A stretch of 36,769 nucleotides of DNA from a virus (IMGVR_UViG_3300048672_000527:1-36769), one strand, 5' to 3'; counted from the stretch's first letter, positions 27,875 to 35,799 are shown. Numbers and translations are program-made. The notes: generated by a model from the sequence alone, not told the origin.

Positions 27875-28138
27875 ATGAAAATTCTGAAATTTCAGGCTGT
27901 TTGGTGTAATAGCTGTCATTTTTTGTCGGAAACTCTTTCCAAAATGGAATTAGGTATGATTGTAGAACCGGTTGATATTGACCGCGACGTAGCAATCTGC
28001 TCTGAATACGGGGTTCGTTCTATTCCAACTATGATCCTTATTGATGATAAAGGTATTGAACAAGCACGTATGAATGGGAATCAAACTCCCGCCAAAATTA
28101 CAGAATTTATTAAAAAGGGAGCTGCTAGTGTCAAATAA
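27875..28138 (+). CDS. Thioredoxin-like protein
   Basis: WCNSC active site; YGVRSIPT cis-Pro motif; AAGGA RBS. Confidence 0.9.
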   Translation: MKILKFQAVWCNSCHFLSETLSKMELGMIVEPVDIDRDVAICSEYGVRSIPTMILIDDKGIEQARMNGNQTPAKITEFIKKGAASVK

Positions 28139-28286
28139 ATTAATTCTAAAGTGCAACGCATGTGGCGCAGAAGGTACCATTAAACTTGACGATGATCATC
28201 AGATCGAGTGTTGTCCCTCATGTGGTTCAGCACTCGATCTTGAAACCGATGAAGATATTGATGATATATACGGCTACGAAAATTGA
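28128..28286 (+). CDS. Small zinc-ribbon protein with an acidic tail
   Basis: CNAC...CPSCG; GTG start overlapping the thioredoxin end, with a GGGAG RBS. Confidence 0.7.
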   Translation: MSNKLILKCNACGAEGTIKLDDDHQIECCPSCGSALDLETDEDIDDIYGYEN

Positions 28287-28990
28287 GTTCTTCTTTTATA
28301 TGTAGCTCTCATTTTTTCTATAGTCTCTTTTGAGTGTTTACGGCCAGTATTGTCCGGGAATCCATTATGTGTTCCCGGTTTATAACCCATTAAACAACCT
28401 TGTGCTATTGCTTCATTGATGTCTACTAACTTAACTCTAATATTTTTCCCAACTATATTATGCATCCAACATAACTTTTTAGCCTTTACTGTCTCTGAAC
28501 ACTTTTTTGATGCATTTGGGTTTTTAGGTTGAGGTCTTCCTTTTAATGCTTCGGAAACTTTTCTTTTGTGTTCTTCCGTTTGAACATATGTTCTAACTGC
28601 GGCCCGCGCTGATTTGGACATTTTCTGTCTCTGTTGTTCGGTGAATTGATAACCTTCACCACCAGAAAGACCAGTTTCTTCCATTAAATTTGCCCAGTGT
28701 TTTGATTTCACTATATCATTTATTTTTGAAAAATACGTTGCAAATTTAACTAATTCTTCTAAGTCTGTAAACAAACAATACCATAAAGTATCAATTTGTT
28801 TAACTCCGTGTTTTTCTATGTGGCGTTTCCAAACTTTGCCCGATCCAGTATATGAGACCGGATTTTTCTGTACGGTTTTTCCAAAATACATTAAACCTGT
28901 AACTCGGTGTTGTTTTATATAAAGAAAAGTAGGTTTGAAATTATCAATTTGCTTCTGTGTAGCATAATTATAAATAGATGTGCTGGTCAT
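28274..28990 (-). mobile_element. Free-standing GIY-YIG homing endonuclease with NUMOD3 motifs, inverted orientation
   Basis: FLYIK...YFGKT...YTGSG..W, WANL; (H/Q)(S/T)xExxxK(M/V) repeats; AGGAG RBS; own late promoter. Confidence 0.85.
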
Positions 28991-29060
28991 ATGACTCCTA
29001 AGAACGGTTGACTAGAGATAGTGGAAGGGCTCAATCTTCGCGACTATCAAGTATTTATAA
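28968..29060. promoter_or_regulatory. Convergent late-promoter pair enclosing a two-hairpin leader
   Basis: TATAAATA on + (28969-76) and on - (29052-59); stems 28983-89/29009-15 and 29017-27/29036-48. Confidence 0.7.
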
Positions 29061-29075
29061 GATTCGGAGTTTAAA

Positions 29076-29201
29076 ATGAACTATTTTTGGTGCCCATATT
29101 GTAAGGAACTAATACCAGTTCCTATGTATTCAAAGCATAAAGATGAGATTCATATGTTAGAACCATTCCCGTCTCTTGATAAACTACGAGGTGAGGAGTG
29201 A
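29076..29201 (+). CDS. 41-aa C2H2-like zinc-finger microprotein (not in the ORF track)
   Basis: GGAG RBS; MNYFWCPYCKELIPVPMYSKHKDEIHMLEPFPSLDKLRGEE; GTGA overlap with the next gene. Confidence 0.7.
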   Translation: MNYFWCPYCKELIPVPMYSKHKDEIHMLEPFPSLDKLRGEE

Positions 29202-29650
29202 CCGAGGGGTGGTTTTATAATGACGAATTGATTGATGACGAATCTCAGTTTCCTGAAAAGACTCTCGGGTTCGTCTACAAAATAACTCGGTTGAGTGACG
29301 GAAAATTTTATTATGGTAAGAAACTCGCGTACTTTAAAAAGACTAGCGTCAGAACGGTTGTTCTTAAAAATGGTACAAAGAAGAAAAAGAAAATTTCCAC
29401 TCTCGTACCTAGCGATTGGAAAACATACTGGAGTAGCTCGCCTGAACTTCTTGCTGATGTTGAAAAATACGGATCACCCGCTTTCATCCGTGAAATTTTA
29501 TGTTTCTGTGAAAACAAAGGGTCACTTGGTTATTACGAGATGAAATTTCAGATGGACGCTCGTGTTCTTGAAAATAGAGAAACAACATACAACGGTATTG
29601 TAAATGCAAGGGTTCATTGGTCCCATATAAAACCAATACTTGAGAAGTAA
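29198..29650 (+). CDS. Single-domain GIY-YIG nuclease, T4 endonuclease II (DenA)-like
   Basis: GFVYKIT...FYYGKK...W.TYWSS...F.REIL...E...YN; no DNA-binding repeat tail. Confidence 0.75.
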   Translation: MTEGWFYNDELIDDESQFPEKTLGFVYKITRLSDGKFYYGKKLAYFKKTSVRTVVLKNGTKKKKKISTLVPSDWKTYWSSSPELLADVEKYGSPAFIREILCFCENKGSLGYYEMKFQMDARVLENRETTYNGIVNARVHWSHIKPILEK

Positions 29651-29742
29651 CTGGGTTACAGTGAAAATTTAAAATTGTGTATCTTAAAACGATCATTAAC
29701 AGCTTAATGTCCTGTATTAGATACACTTTGTGACTTGGTTAC

Positions 29743-29775
29743 ATTATTTCGTAATTTCATTTTTGGATGTAAAAT
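29743..29775 (+). promoter_or_regulatory. Promoter ATTATTTC-N19-TAAAAT
   Basis: Same motif and spacing as 24123 and 29987; ATG 5 nt downstream. Confidence 0.6.
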
Positions 29776-29780
29776 TAATC

Positions 29781-29987
29781 ATGAAAATCAAAACTCGTTA
29801 TGAACGGATTCAAAAGAACCTTACTAAATCCTATGATCAACTTAAGCTGCTACAAGCTGAATGTACTCATGAAAATAAGACTATGAAGTACCGTGGTGAC
29901 ACCGGCAACTGGGATAGGTCTGATGATTGTTATTGGATCGAGCACAATTGCCCTGACTGCGGGAAACACTGGACAACACCTCAATGA
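29781..29987 (+). CDS. Small zinc-binding hypothetical protein
   Basis: CTH...CPDCGK.W; start at ATG 29781, after the promoter. Confidence 0.7.
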   Translation: MKIKTRYERIQKNLTKSYDQLKLLQAECTHENKTMKYRGDTGNWDRSDDCYWIEHNCPDCGKHWTTPQ

Positions 29988-30019
29988 TTATTTCTAAGTA
30001 AGAAATAACTCGTTATAAT
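29987..30019 (+). promoter_or_regulatory. Promoter ATTATTTC-N19-TATAAT with overlapping palindrome TTATTTCT-N5-AGAAATAA
   Basis: Direct reading; ATG 5 nt downstream, no SD sequence. Confidence 0.65.
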
Positions 30020-30024
30020 TCATT

Positions 30025-30957
30025 ATGCAACCAAAATACCCAATTTACATTATTTCCAAAGGGCGCTGGGAATCACGCCAAACTTCGCGAGCACTAGAAC
30101 GTATGAATGTTCCTTACTCTATAGTTGTAGAGGAAAGTGAATACGATAACTATGCTGCTGTTATTGATCCCAAGAAAATCATTAAACTACCTAAGGACTT
30201 TCGACAAGACCCTCGGTATGCAATTCCAGATGAACTTGGTCAAATGGGCGGCGGCATTCCTGCACGTAATTTTGTATGGGAACACAGTAAGGCTCTAGGA
30301 CACAAACGGCACTGGATTATGGATGATAATATCCAATACTTTGCTCGATTGAATCGTAATAAGAAAATCCGTCTTGCTGATGGGACCGGGCTTCGTTGTG
30401 TAGAGGACTTTACGGATCGCTATGAGAATGTTCCTATGTCGGGACTTCAGTATCAGTTCTTCTGCCCCGCTGCCAAGAAGCGTCCACCGTACTATATTAA
30501 TGTCCGTGTGTATAGCTGTATTCTTCTTTCAAATGATTTAGATTTGCGCTGGCGCGGAAAGTACAATGAGGATACTGATTTGAGTTTGCGCATTCTCAAA
30601 GATGGACACTGCACACTATTATTCAATCAATTCCTATGTGCAAAGACTGCCACTATGACTATGAAAGGTGGTAATACAGAGGAAATTTATCAAAAGGACC
30701 AAGCTGCTTTTGATAATCGTGCTACATTTGCAAAGACACTTAAGTATCACCACCCCGATGTGACCGAAGTTGATTATCGATGGGGTCGTGTACACCACGT
30801 TGTTGATTATAGTGGCTTCATTAAGAACAATAAATTGGTACTTAAGAGTGGTCTAAATATTCCGCGTGGGCCAAATGAGCACGGTATGAAATTAATTGAA
30901 ATGAAAGCACCTATTGCGGGTGATGCAGCAGACGATATGGAGGAAGCAGATGAGTAA
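30025..30957 (+). CDS. GT-A glycosyltransferase, TAGT/GREB1-like (DNA-base glycosyltransferase family)
   Basis: IYIISKGR, ARN...WIMDDNI, YSCIL, WRGKYNEDTDL, GGNT. Confidence 0.8.
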   Translation: MQPKYPIYIISKGRWESRQTSRALERMNVPYSIVVEESEYDNYAAVIDPKKIIKLPKDFRQDPRYAIPDELGQMGGGIPARNFVWEHSKALGHKRHWIMDDNIQYFARLNRNKKIRLADGTGLRCVEDFTDRYENVPMSGLQYQFFCPAAKKRPPYYINVRVYSCILLSNDLDLRWRGKYNEDTDLSLRILKDGHCTLLFNQFLCAKTATMTMKGGNTEEIYQKDQAAFDNRATFAKTLKYHHPDVTEVDYRWGRVHHVVDYSGFIKNNKLVLKSGLNIPRGPNEHGMKLIEMKAPIAGDAADDMEEADE

Positions 30958-31237
30958 TTTGTTTATATTAACTGGTCAAGAAGATGAATCTGATCAGGTT
31001 GATAAATTTGGTTATGATGGTATGCCAGAGTTTGTTCAAGAGGATAAATCTGAGTTTCATATGATTAAGGTTCGTTTTAATTGTGAACAAGATGTTCTTG
31101 ACTTTGCTAAAGCACTAGGACAACCTCATATCACAACGCGAACAAAATTTACATGGTATCCACGTCAAAGAGCTGGTGCTTCTCTAGAACGTTGGATTGG
31201 TGATACTTCTTCTGAGGCATTTGATGAGTACAAATAA
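30950..31237 (+). CDS. Small acidic protein coupled to the glycosyltransferase
   Basis: GGAGG RBS; GMPEF.QED...V.F....D...F...L.Q..T..TK..WYP pattern. Confidence 0.75.
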   Translation: MSNLFILTGQEDESDQVDKFGYDGMPEFVQEDKSEFHMIKVRFNCEQDVLDFAKALGQPHITTRTKFTWYPRQRAGASLERWIGDTSSEAFDEYK

Positions 31238-32069
31238 TATTAACATTGGTATTGTTGGACACGGTTTTGTTGGTAAAGCTGTAGAATTCGGCTTTCAAGA
31301 TCAAGTTCTATCTATTGTAGATAAACGATATGACTCTACTGTGCGAGATATTCTGGGCGATGATCTGAACTTATCTGCTGTATTTGTTTGCCTTCCAACT
31401 CCAACTGGACTAGATGGTGATATTGATACCAGTATTGTTGAAGATGCTCTAAGAGAACTTAGTGTTCTAAAATGTCCGATCATTCTTAAGTCAACTGTGA
31501 TTCCTAGTGTTGTCAAGAAATTTGCAGAACTGTATGAAAATTTCGTATATAATCCAGAGTTTCTAACAGAAGCAAATGCCCGTATTGATTTTGTGAATCC
31601 ACCGATGCATGTGTTTGGCGGTACCGAAGAATATTGTCAAATTGTTTCAAATTTGTACAAGAATTATAGTCTCTGTAAAAAGAATGTCCCTGAATATTGG
31701 ATGTTGGCAGAGGAAGCATCGCTTGTCAAATACTCAATGAATTCATTTCTGGCACTGAAGGTTAGTTTCTGGAATCAAATTAAGGAACTGGCAGATGAGC
31801 ACGGGATTGATTATAATTTTGTTGCAGATGTAGTTGGTACTGATCCGCGGATTGGCCACTCACATATGTCTGTACCCGGACCTGATGGTCGCCGAGGTTA
31901 TGGGAGTGCTTGCTTTGCAAAGGACATCCCCGCGTTGATTCACTTCGCAGATGGTGGTCTAAGTATTCTTAAAGAGTCTTGGAATTATAATTGTGATGTT
32001 CGTAACCAGTATAAAGACTTACTACCGCGTGAACAAGAACAACACGTACAGTTTAGGAAAATTCAATGA
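31224..32069 (+). CDS. UDP-glucose/GDP-mannose 6-dehydrogenase family protein (short form)
   Basis: GHGFVG, CLPTP, KSTV.P, NPEFL, K...N, DPRIG, GYGSACFAKD (catalytic Cys). Lacks the usual C-terminal domain. Confidence 0.9.
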   Translation: MSTNNINIGIVGHGFVGKAVEFGFQDQVLSIVDKRYDSTVRDILGDDLNLSAVFVCLPTPTGLDGDIDTSIVEDALRELSVLKCPIILKSTVIPSVVKKFAELYENFVYNPEFLTEANARIDFVNPPMHVFGGTEEYCQIVSNLYKNYSLCKKNVPEYWMLAEEASLVKYSMNSFLALKVSFWNQIKELADEHGIDYNFVADVVGTDPRIGHSHMSVPGPDGRRGYGSACFAKDIPALIHFADGGLSILKESWNYNCDVRNQYKDLLPREQEQHVQFRKIQ

Positions 32070-32470
32070 AAATAGGATTTGTCTGTTCTAGTTTTGATCT
32101 GTTTCATGCTGGTCACGTCCTTATGCTTAAGGAAGCAAAGACCCAATGCGATTATTTAATTGCTGCATTGCAGACTGATCCGACTATTGATCGTGATTGG
32201 AAAAATAAACCTGTCCAGACTGTATTTGAACGATACGTGCAGCTTGAGGGCTGTAAGTATGTTGATCAAATTATCCCATATACAACCGAATCTGAACTAA
32301 AGGATATACTCCTGTCTTATCATATTGATGTTCGTATCATGGGTGAGGAGTATCAAGGTAAAGAATTCACCGGTAGTGATTTGGATATACCTATATATTT
32401 TAATAAACGAAAGCACAGTTTTTCGTCATCAGATTTACGGAAACGTGTAGCAACTCTGGAAAAGAAATAA
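32066..32470 (+). CDS. Glycerol-3-phosphate cytidylyltransferase (TagD)-like nucleotidyltransferase
   Basis: FDLFHAGH, KP.Q...ER, YVD, SSSDLR. Confidence 0.88.
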   Translation: MKIGFVCSSFDLFHAGHVLMLKEAKTQCDYLIAALQTDPTIDRDWKNKPVQTVFERYVQLEGCKYVDQIIPYTTESELKDILLSYHIDVRIMGEEYQGKEFTGSDLDIPIYFNKRKHSFSSSDLRKRVATLEKK

Positions 32471-33318
32471 TGGCAAGAATTTTAGTTACGGGTGGTGCTG
32501 GGTTTATTGGCTCCAATCTATGTGAAGCGTTAATCAAAGAAGGTCATATCGTTCATTCTTTGGATAATTACTCCACGGGTTCTATTGAGAATCACGTGGA
32601 TGGTGTTGTGTACTTTCAAGGTGATACAGCACATATTTCTAAATTATCCGATCAAGCATACGATATGATTTATCACTTGGGTGAGTACTCACGTGTTGAG
32701 CAATCGTTCAATGAATTTGATAAGGTTTGGAATTTTAATATAGCTGGAACAAAAAATGTTCTAGAATTTGCCAAGATGAAGCAAGCTAAGTTGATTTATG
32801 CTGGCTCGTCCACGAAATTTGGTGATAACGGAAGTAATTCATCTCCTTACGCTTGGTCAAAGGCTAGCAATACTCAACTGGTGATGAACTACTCTGAGTG
32901 GTATGGTCTTGATTATGCTATCACCTATTTCTATAATGCTTATGGGAAAAGAGAAATCTCTGACGGGCAGTATGCTACATTAATAGCTAAGTTCAAGAAC
33001 CGTGTTAAGTCTGGACTTCCACTTGAAGTTGTTTTACCAGGAACACAACAGCGGAACTTTACCCACATCGACGATATTGTCAGTGGTCTAATCGCTGTTG
33101 GTTTCAGAGGTAGGGGTGATGGATATGGGATCGGCTCACCAGAGACATTCTCGGTTGCAGAAGTGGCGGAGATGTTTAAAGCAGATGTCAAATTTCTAGA
33201 ACCACGTAGGGGTAATAGAATGACAGCACCAGTGATTAGTGATAAAACGCGGGAATTAGGCTGGGAAGCAAAGAATCATTTACGTGATCATATTGCGGAA
33301 TTTTTGGCTACATTATGA
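32470..33318 (+). CDS. NAD-dependent nucleotide-sugar epimerase/dehydratase (extended SDR)
   Basis: TGGAGFIGS, YAWSK (YxxxK), YN.YG, G.Q.RNFTHIDD. Confidence 0.92.
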   Translation: MARILVTGGAGFIGSNLCEALIKEGHIVHSLDNYSTGSIENHVDGVVYFQGDTAHISKLSDQAYDMIYHLGEYSRVEQSFNEFDKVWNFNIAGTKNVLEFAKMKQAKLIYAGSSTKFGDNGSNSSPYAWSKASNTQLVMNYSEWYGLDYAITYFYNAYGKREISDGQYATLIAKFKNRVKSGLPLEVVLPGTQQRNFTHIDDIVSGLIAVGFRGRGDGYGIGSPETFSVAEVAEMFKADVKFLEPRRGNRMTAPVISDKTRELGWEAKNHLRDHIAEFLATL

Positions 33319-33494
33319 ATGACCGAGTCAACGATGCTATAATCAAACGGGTATTAATACCTTGTTACGAGATTATAGATTCTTTATTAACAGCACAAAC
33401 TACCGGGAAACCTGTCTCGAAAGAAGTTGTTTTAGCTGCTAAGAAAATACTTCCCGGAAAATATACCAATAGTTTCCAGGCACCAAAGAAATAA
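33315..33494 (+). CDS. 59-aa hypothetical protein (not in the ORF track)
   Basis: ATGA overlap; open frame MNDRVNDAIIKRVLIPCYE...QAPKK fills the gap exactly. Confidence 0.65.
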   Translation: MNDRVNDAIIKRVLIPCYEIIDSLLTAQTTGKPVSKEVVLAAKKILPGKYTNSFQAPKK

Positions 33495-33496
33495 TT

Positions 33497-33886
33497 ATGA
33501 AAACAGTTATCTATACAAATAGTCTTGAACCTATTACTGTAATTGATCTTCCAGATTATGTTTTTAAGTATCTAGAAGAACGAGGTACTGTTCGTATACC
33601 AGTATGGGAACCACCGAGATATATTCCAGCTGATTTGACTTTGAACGAAACAGTGATTAATTATCGCCAAGTGACACTAACAGCACATCAAGTTAGAGGT
33701 TTAACATTTAGTACAGGTAAAAATTACTTTGCTAATCACTATATCCTAACCACATATGATGAAGAATCTGCACTACTATTGAAATCAACTTTTCTTGCAG
33801 GTCAAACTTCCGCATTAAATGAAGAAAAGAGAAGAGCATTTGCAAACGGTTTTATGGATGCTCTCTGTAGACTTGGGTCAGTATGA
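33497..33886 (+). CDS. Hypothetical protein
   Basis: Fits the operon packing. Confidence 0.75.
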   Translation: MKTVIYTNSLEPITVIDLPDYVFKYLEERGTVRIPVWEPPRYIPADLTLNETVINYRQVTLTAHQVRGLTFSTGKNYFANHYILTTYDEESALLLKSTFLAGQTSALNEEKRRAFANGFMDALCRLGSV

Positions 33887-34221
33887 AACTTGCTATTGTT
33901 GGTAGTCGAACATTTGAAGACTACGACCAACTCAAAGCAGAAATTAATCCAACCAATATTACCGAGATTGTTTCCGGGGGAGCCCCCGGTGCAGATACTC
34001 TAGCAGAACGCTATGCTAGGGAGTTTGGTATCCCGACAAAAATTTTCCATGCTGATTGGAAGAAATTTGGTCCTTCCGCCGGACCAAAGCGGAACACACA
34101 AATTGTAGAATACTGTGATGCTGTTATAGCTTTTTGGGATGGTAGTTCACCTGGTACTAAAGATACTATATCCAAAACTAGACGTGCCAAGAAACCGATA
34201 AAGGTATTGATTTACTTTTAA
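33883..34221 (+). CDS. SLOG-superfamily (DUF2493/YspA-like) nucleotide-binding protein
   Basis: AIVGSR.F.D, IVSGGA.GAD, AGP.RN, AFWDG.S.GT. Confidence 0.85.
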   Translation: MKLAIVGSRTFEDYDQLKAEINPTNITEIVSGGAPGADTLAERYAREFGIPTKIFHADWKKFGPSAGPKRNTQIVEYCDAVIAFWDGSSPGTKDTISKTRRAKKPIKVLIYF

Positions 34222-34239
34222 TGCTTCATGTGGTATGAT
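34208..34239 (+). promoter_or_regulatory. Early sigma70-type promoter (TTTACT-N17-TATGAT, extended -10)
   Basis: Shares TGATTTACTTTTA with the promoters at 34724 and 35153. Confidence 0.7.
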
Positions 34240-34246
34240 ACCACTC

Positions 34247-34726
34247 ATGTGCAAAAATTCAGTACTAATGCGTGATGTGGTGTGTAAATACCACCCCGAG
34301 TTTATTAAAAGTAAATCAATTAAGAAGTTGGCAATGACTATGCCAACACGGTTTAATATCGAATTCTTAATTGAGGAAACTTTGGCATTTGTCGGTAAAA
34401 TCAAATTATTGAGTGGCTATGGATTTGATTTCTCTGATGGTAGTGATAGTAAAACCACATCTGTCATGCAGAATCATCGTTGCGCATCTATTGAAAATAT
34501 AGATACTAAAATAGGTGCTTTACGTGTCACCTGTTATAATCCACACACAGATTCGGTTGATTTCTTTTATATACCGCATCGTTATATACAGTCTCTGGTA
34601 ACTGCTAGGCGATCAAAGACAGGTTGTGGTAGAATAATGTTTTATTTTAATAAAAATGGTACCTACGGGAAGTTTGAGCAATTTCGGGTGTCTGATTTTG
34701 AATCATTGGCACAAGCAAATTACTGA
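34247..34726 (+). CDS. Hypothetical protein, possible PD-(D/E)xK-like nuclease
   Basis: E...DFSDGSDSK pattern. Start moved to 34247 because ATG 34235 lies inside the -10 box. Confidence 0.55.
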   Translation: MCKNSVLMRDVVCKYHPEFIKSKSIKKLAMTMPTRFNIEFLIEETLAFVGKIKLLSGYGFDFSDGSDSKTTSVMQNHRCASIENIDTKIGALRVTCYNPHTDSVDFFYIPHRYIQSLVTARRSKTGCGRIMFYFNKNGTYGKFEQFRVSDFESLAQANY

Positions 34727-34775
34727 TTTACTTTTATTCTTTTCCGTGTTATAATAATCCCATAGCAACAAGGAA
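34724..34775 (+). promoter_or_regulatory. Early promoter plus leader/RBS repeat (copy A)
   Basis: TTTACT-N17-TATAAT then AATCCCATAGCAAC-AAGGAA. Confidence 0.85.
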
Positions 34776-34783
34776 GCATCGAA

Positions 34784-35155
34784 ATGACTATCGAATTCAA
34801 GAGCTGGGATGAAATGACCGAACTGGAGCAAGCCGCTTCCGATTTCTCGGATTTCTACAAGGATGTTCATGGTTTTCGGCCGCGTCATTATGATTTTTCC
34901 AGTTGGACTATAGTCGATTTCGACCGAGAGTTCGCTCTCCTGTCTAAGGCGTCTGAACGCGAGGCTGCATTCGAGGCAGAACAACAAGCGCAATGTGCCG
35001 CGGCAGTCGAGGCTCGGATTAGCGCCAATATCGCTATCGGTGCAAAAGATCGTGAAACAGCTATTCGTTGGTTGCACGAGGCTCATGAGACCAACGGTGA
35101 TTCTGAGTACCTGTGCTATCTTCTGGGTGTGAAGTACGGCTACTTCAACAAGTGA
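34784..35155 (+). CDS. Early hypothetical protein
   Basis: Own promoter and RBS; SDFYKDVHGFRPR motif; visibly more GC-rich than its neighbours. Confidence 0.85.
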   Translation: MTIEFKSWDEMTELEQAASDFSDFYKDVHGFRPRHYDFSSWTIVDFDREFALLSKASEREAAFEAEQQAQCAAAVEARISANIAIGAKDRETAIRWLHEAHETNGDSEYLCYLLGVKYGYFNK

Positions 35156-35205
35156 TTTACTTTTATTCCAAACTACGCTATAATAATCCCATAGCAACGA
35201 AGGAA
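35153..35205 (+). promoter_or_regulatory. Early promoter plus leader/RBS repeat (copy B)
   Basis: TTTACT-N17-TATAAT then AATCCCATAGCAACGAAGGAA. Confidence 0.85.
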
Positions 35206-35210
35206 CACTA

Positions 35211-35564
35211 ATGAGCTTGTTTGTAATCCGCGATAAGAGTACACAAACTTACTGCACCGGACAACGTTTCCGCCAGTTTCATCACTATCTTGACACTGCT
35301 GCCACATTTGTTTCCAAGCAAAATGCCGAGGCTGCTATTCGTAAGATGATGAAAGTTCCTGCACACATGAATGGACGCGGCTGGTCCGCCGCTGTTACGG
35401 ATAGTACTGTCCTGTGTTTTCATAGTAATTTGAACGGTTATATTCAGTGGATAGATAATCAATGTGACCCGCGCTTGAAGCAAATGCGTGTTCACGCAAC
35501 ATCTGAAATGATCCAGCGTGAAATGGATTTGGAAGTTGTCGAAGTTAAACTGCAATTGGTGTAA
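35211..35564 (+). CDS. Early hypothetical protein
   Basis: Own promoter and RBS. Confidence 0.8.
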   Translation: MSLFVIRDKSTQTYCTGQRFRQFHHYLDTAATFVSKQNAEAAIRKMMKVPAHMNGRGWSAAVTDSTVLCFHSNLNGYIQWIDNQCDPRLKQMRVHATSEMIQREMDLEVVEVKLQLV

Positions 35565-35565
35565 T

Positions 35566-35799
35566 ATGAATATTATTTCTAAACTGATCGAACCTTTATT
35601 GATGGTAAAGGTAACATTCAACTTCAAGTCTGGCGCAAAATACGTCATTTACTGTAAGAATTTCAAGCATAATACAAATAGTAATAACGATCTGATCTCT
35701 TATTCATGCGCGGGTTTGCGCGATAATACTCATACATATATTCGTTTGGATGATGTGTCGTTTATCAGTGCTAAGGTTGTTTTTCGTTGGTTCAAGTAA
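35566..35799 (+). CDS. Hypothetical protein
   Basis: ATG directly after the upstream stop codon. Confidence 0.65.
   Translation: MNIISKLIEPLLMVKVTFNFKSGAKYVIYCKNFKHNTNSNNDLISYSCAGLRDNTHTYIRLDDVSFISAKVVFRWFK

Noticed and set aside
34208-35205. CRISPR-like array from the repeated sequences
   Set aside because: Only 2-3 copies, separated by whole genes, and they match promoter/RBS architecture.
35572-35604. Further ATTATTTC matches (here and near 30049) as promoters
   Set aside because: Both lie inside coding sequence with no -10 box at the 19-nt spacing.
102-35648. The many minus-strand and alternate-frame ORFs in the track (e.g. 2324-2704, 5130-5564, 13428-13883, 34703-35197, 35208-35648)
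   Set aside because: They are shadows of well-supported + strand genes and have no recognisable motifs. Only 28274-28990 (-) and 23778-24056 (+1 frame) were accepted.
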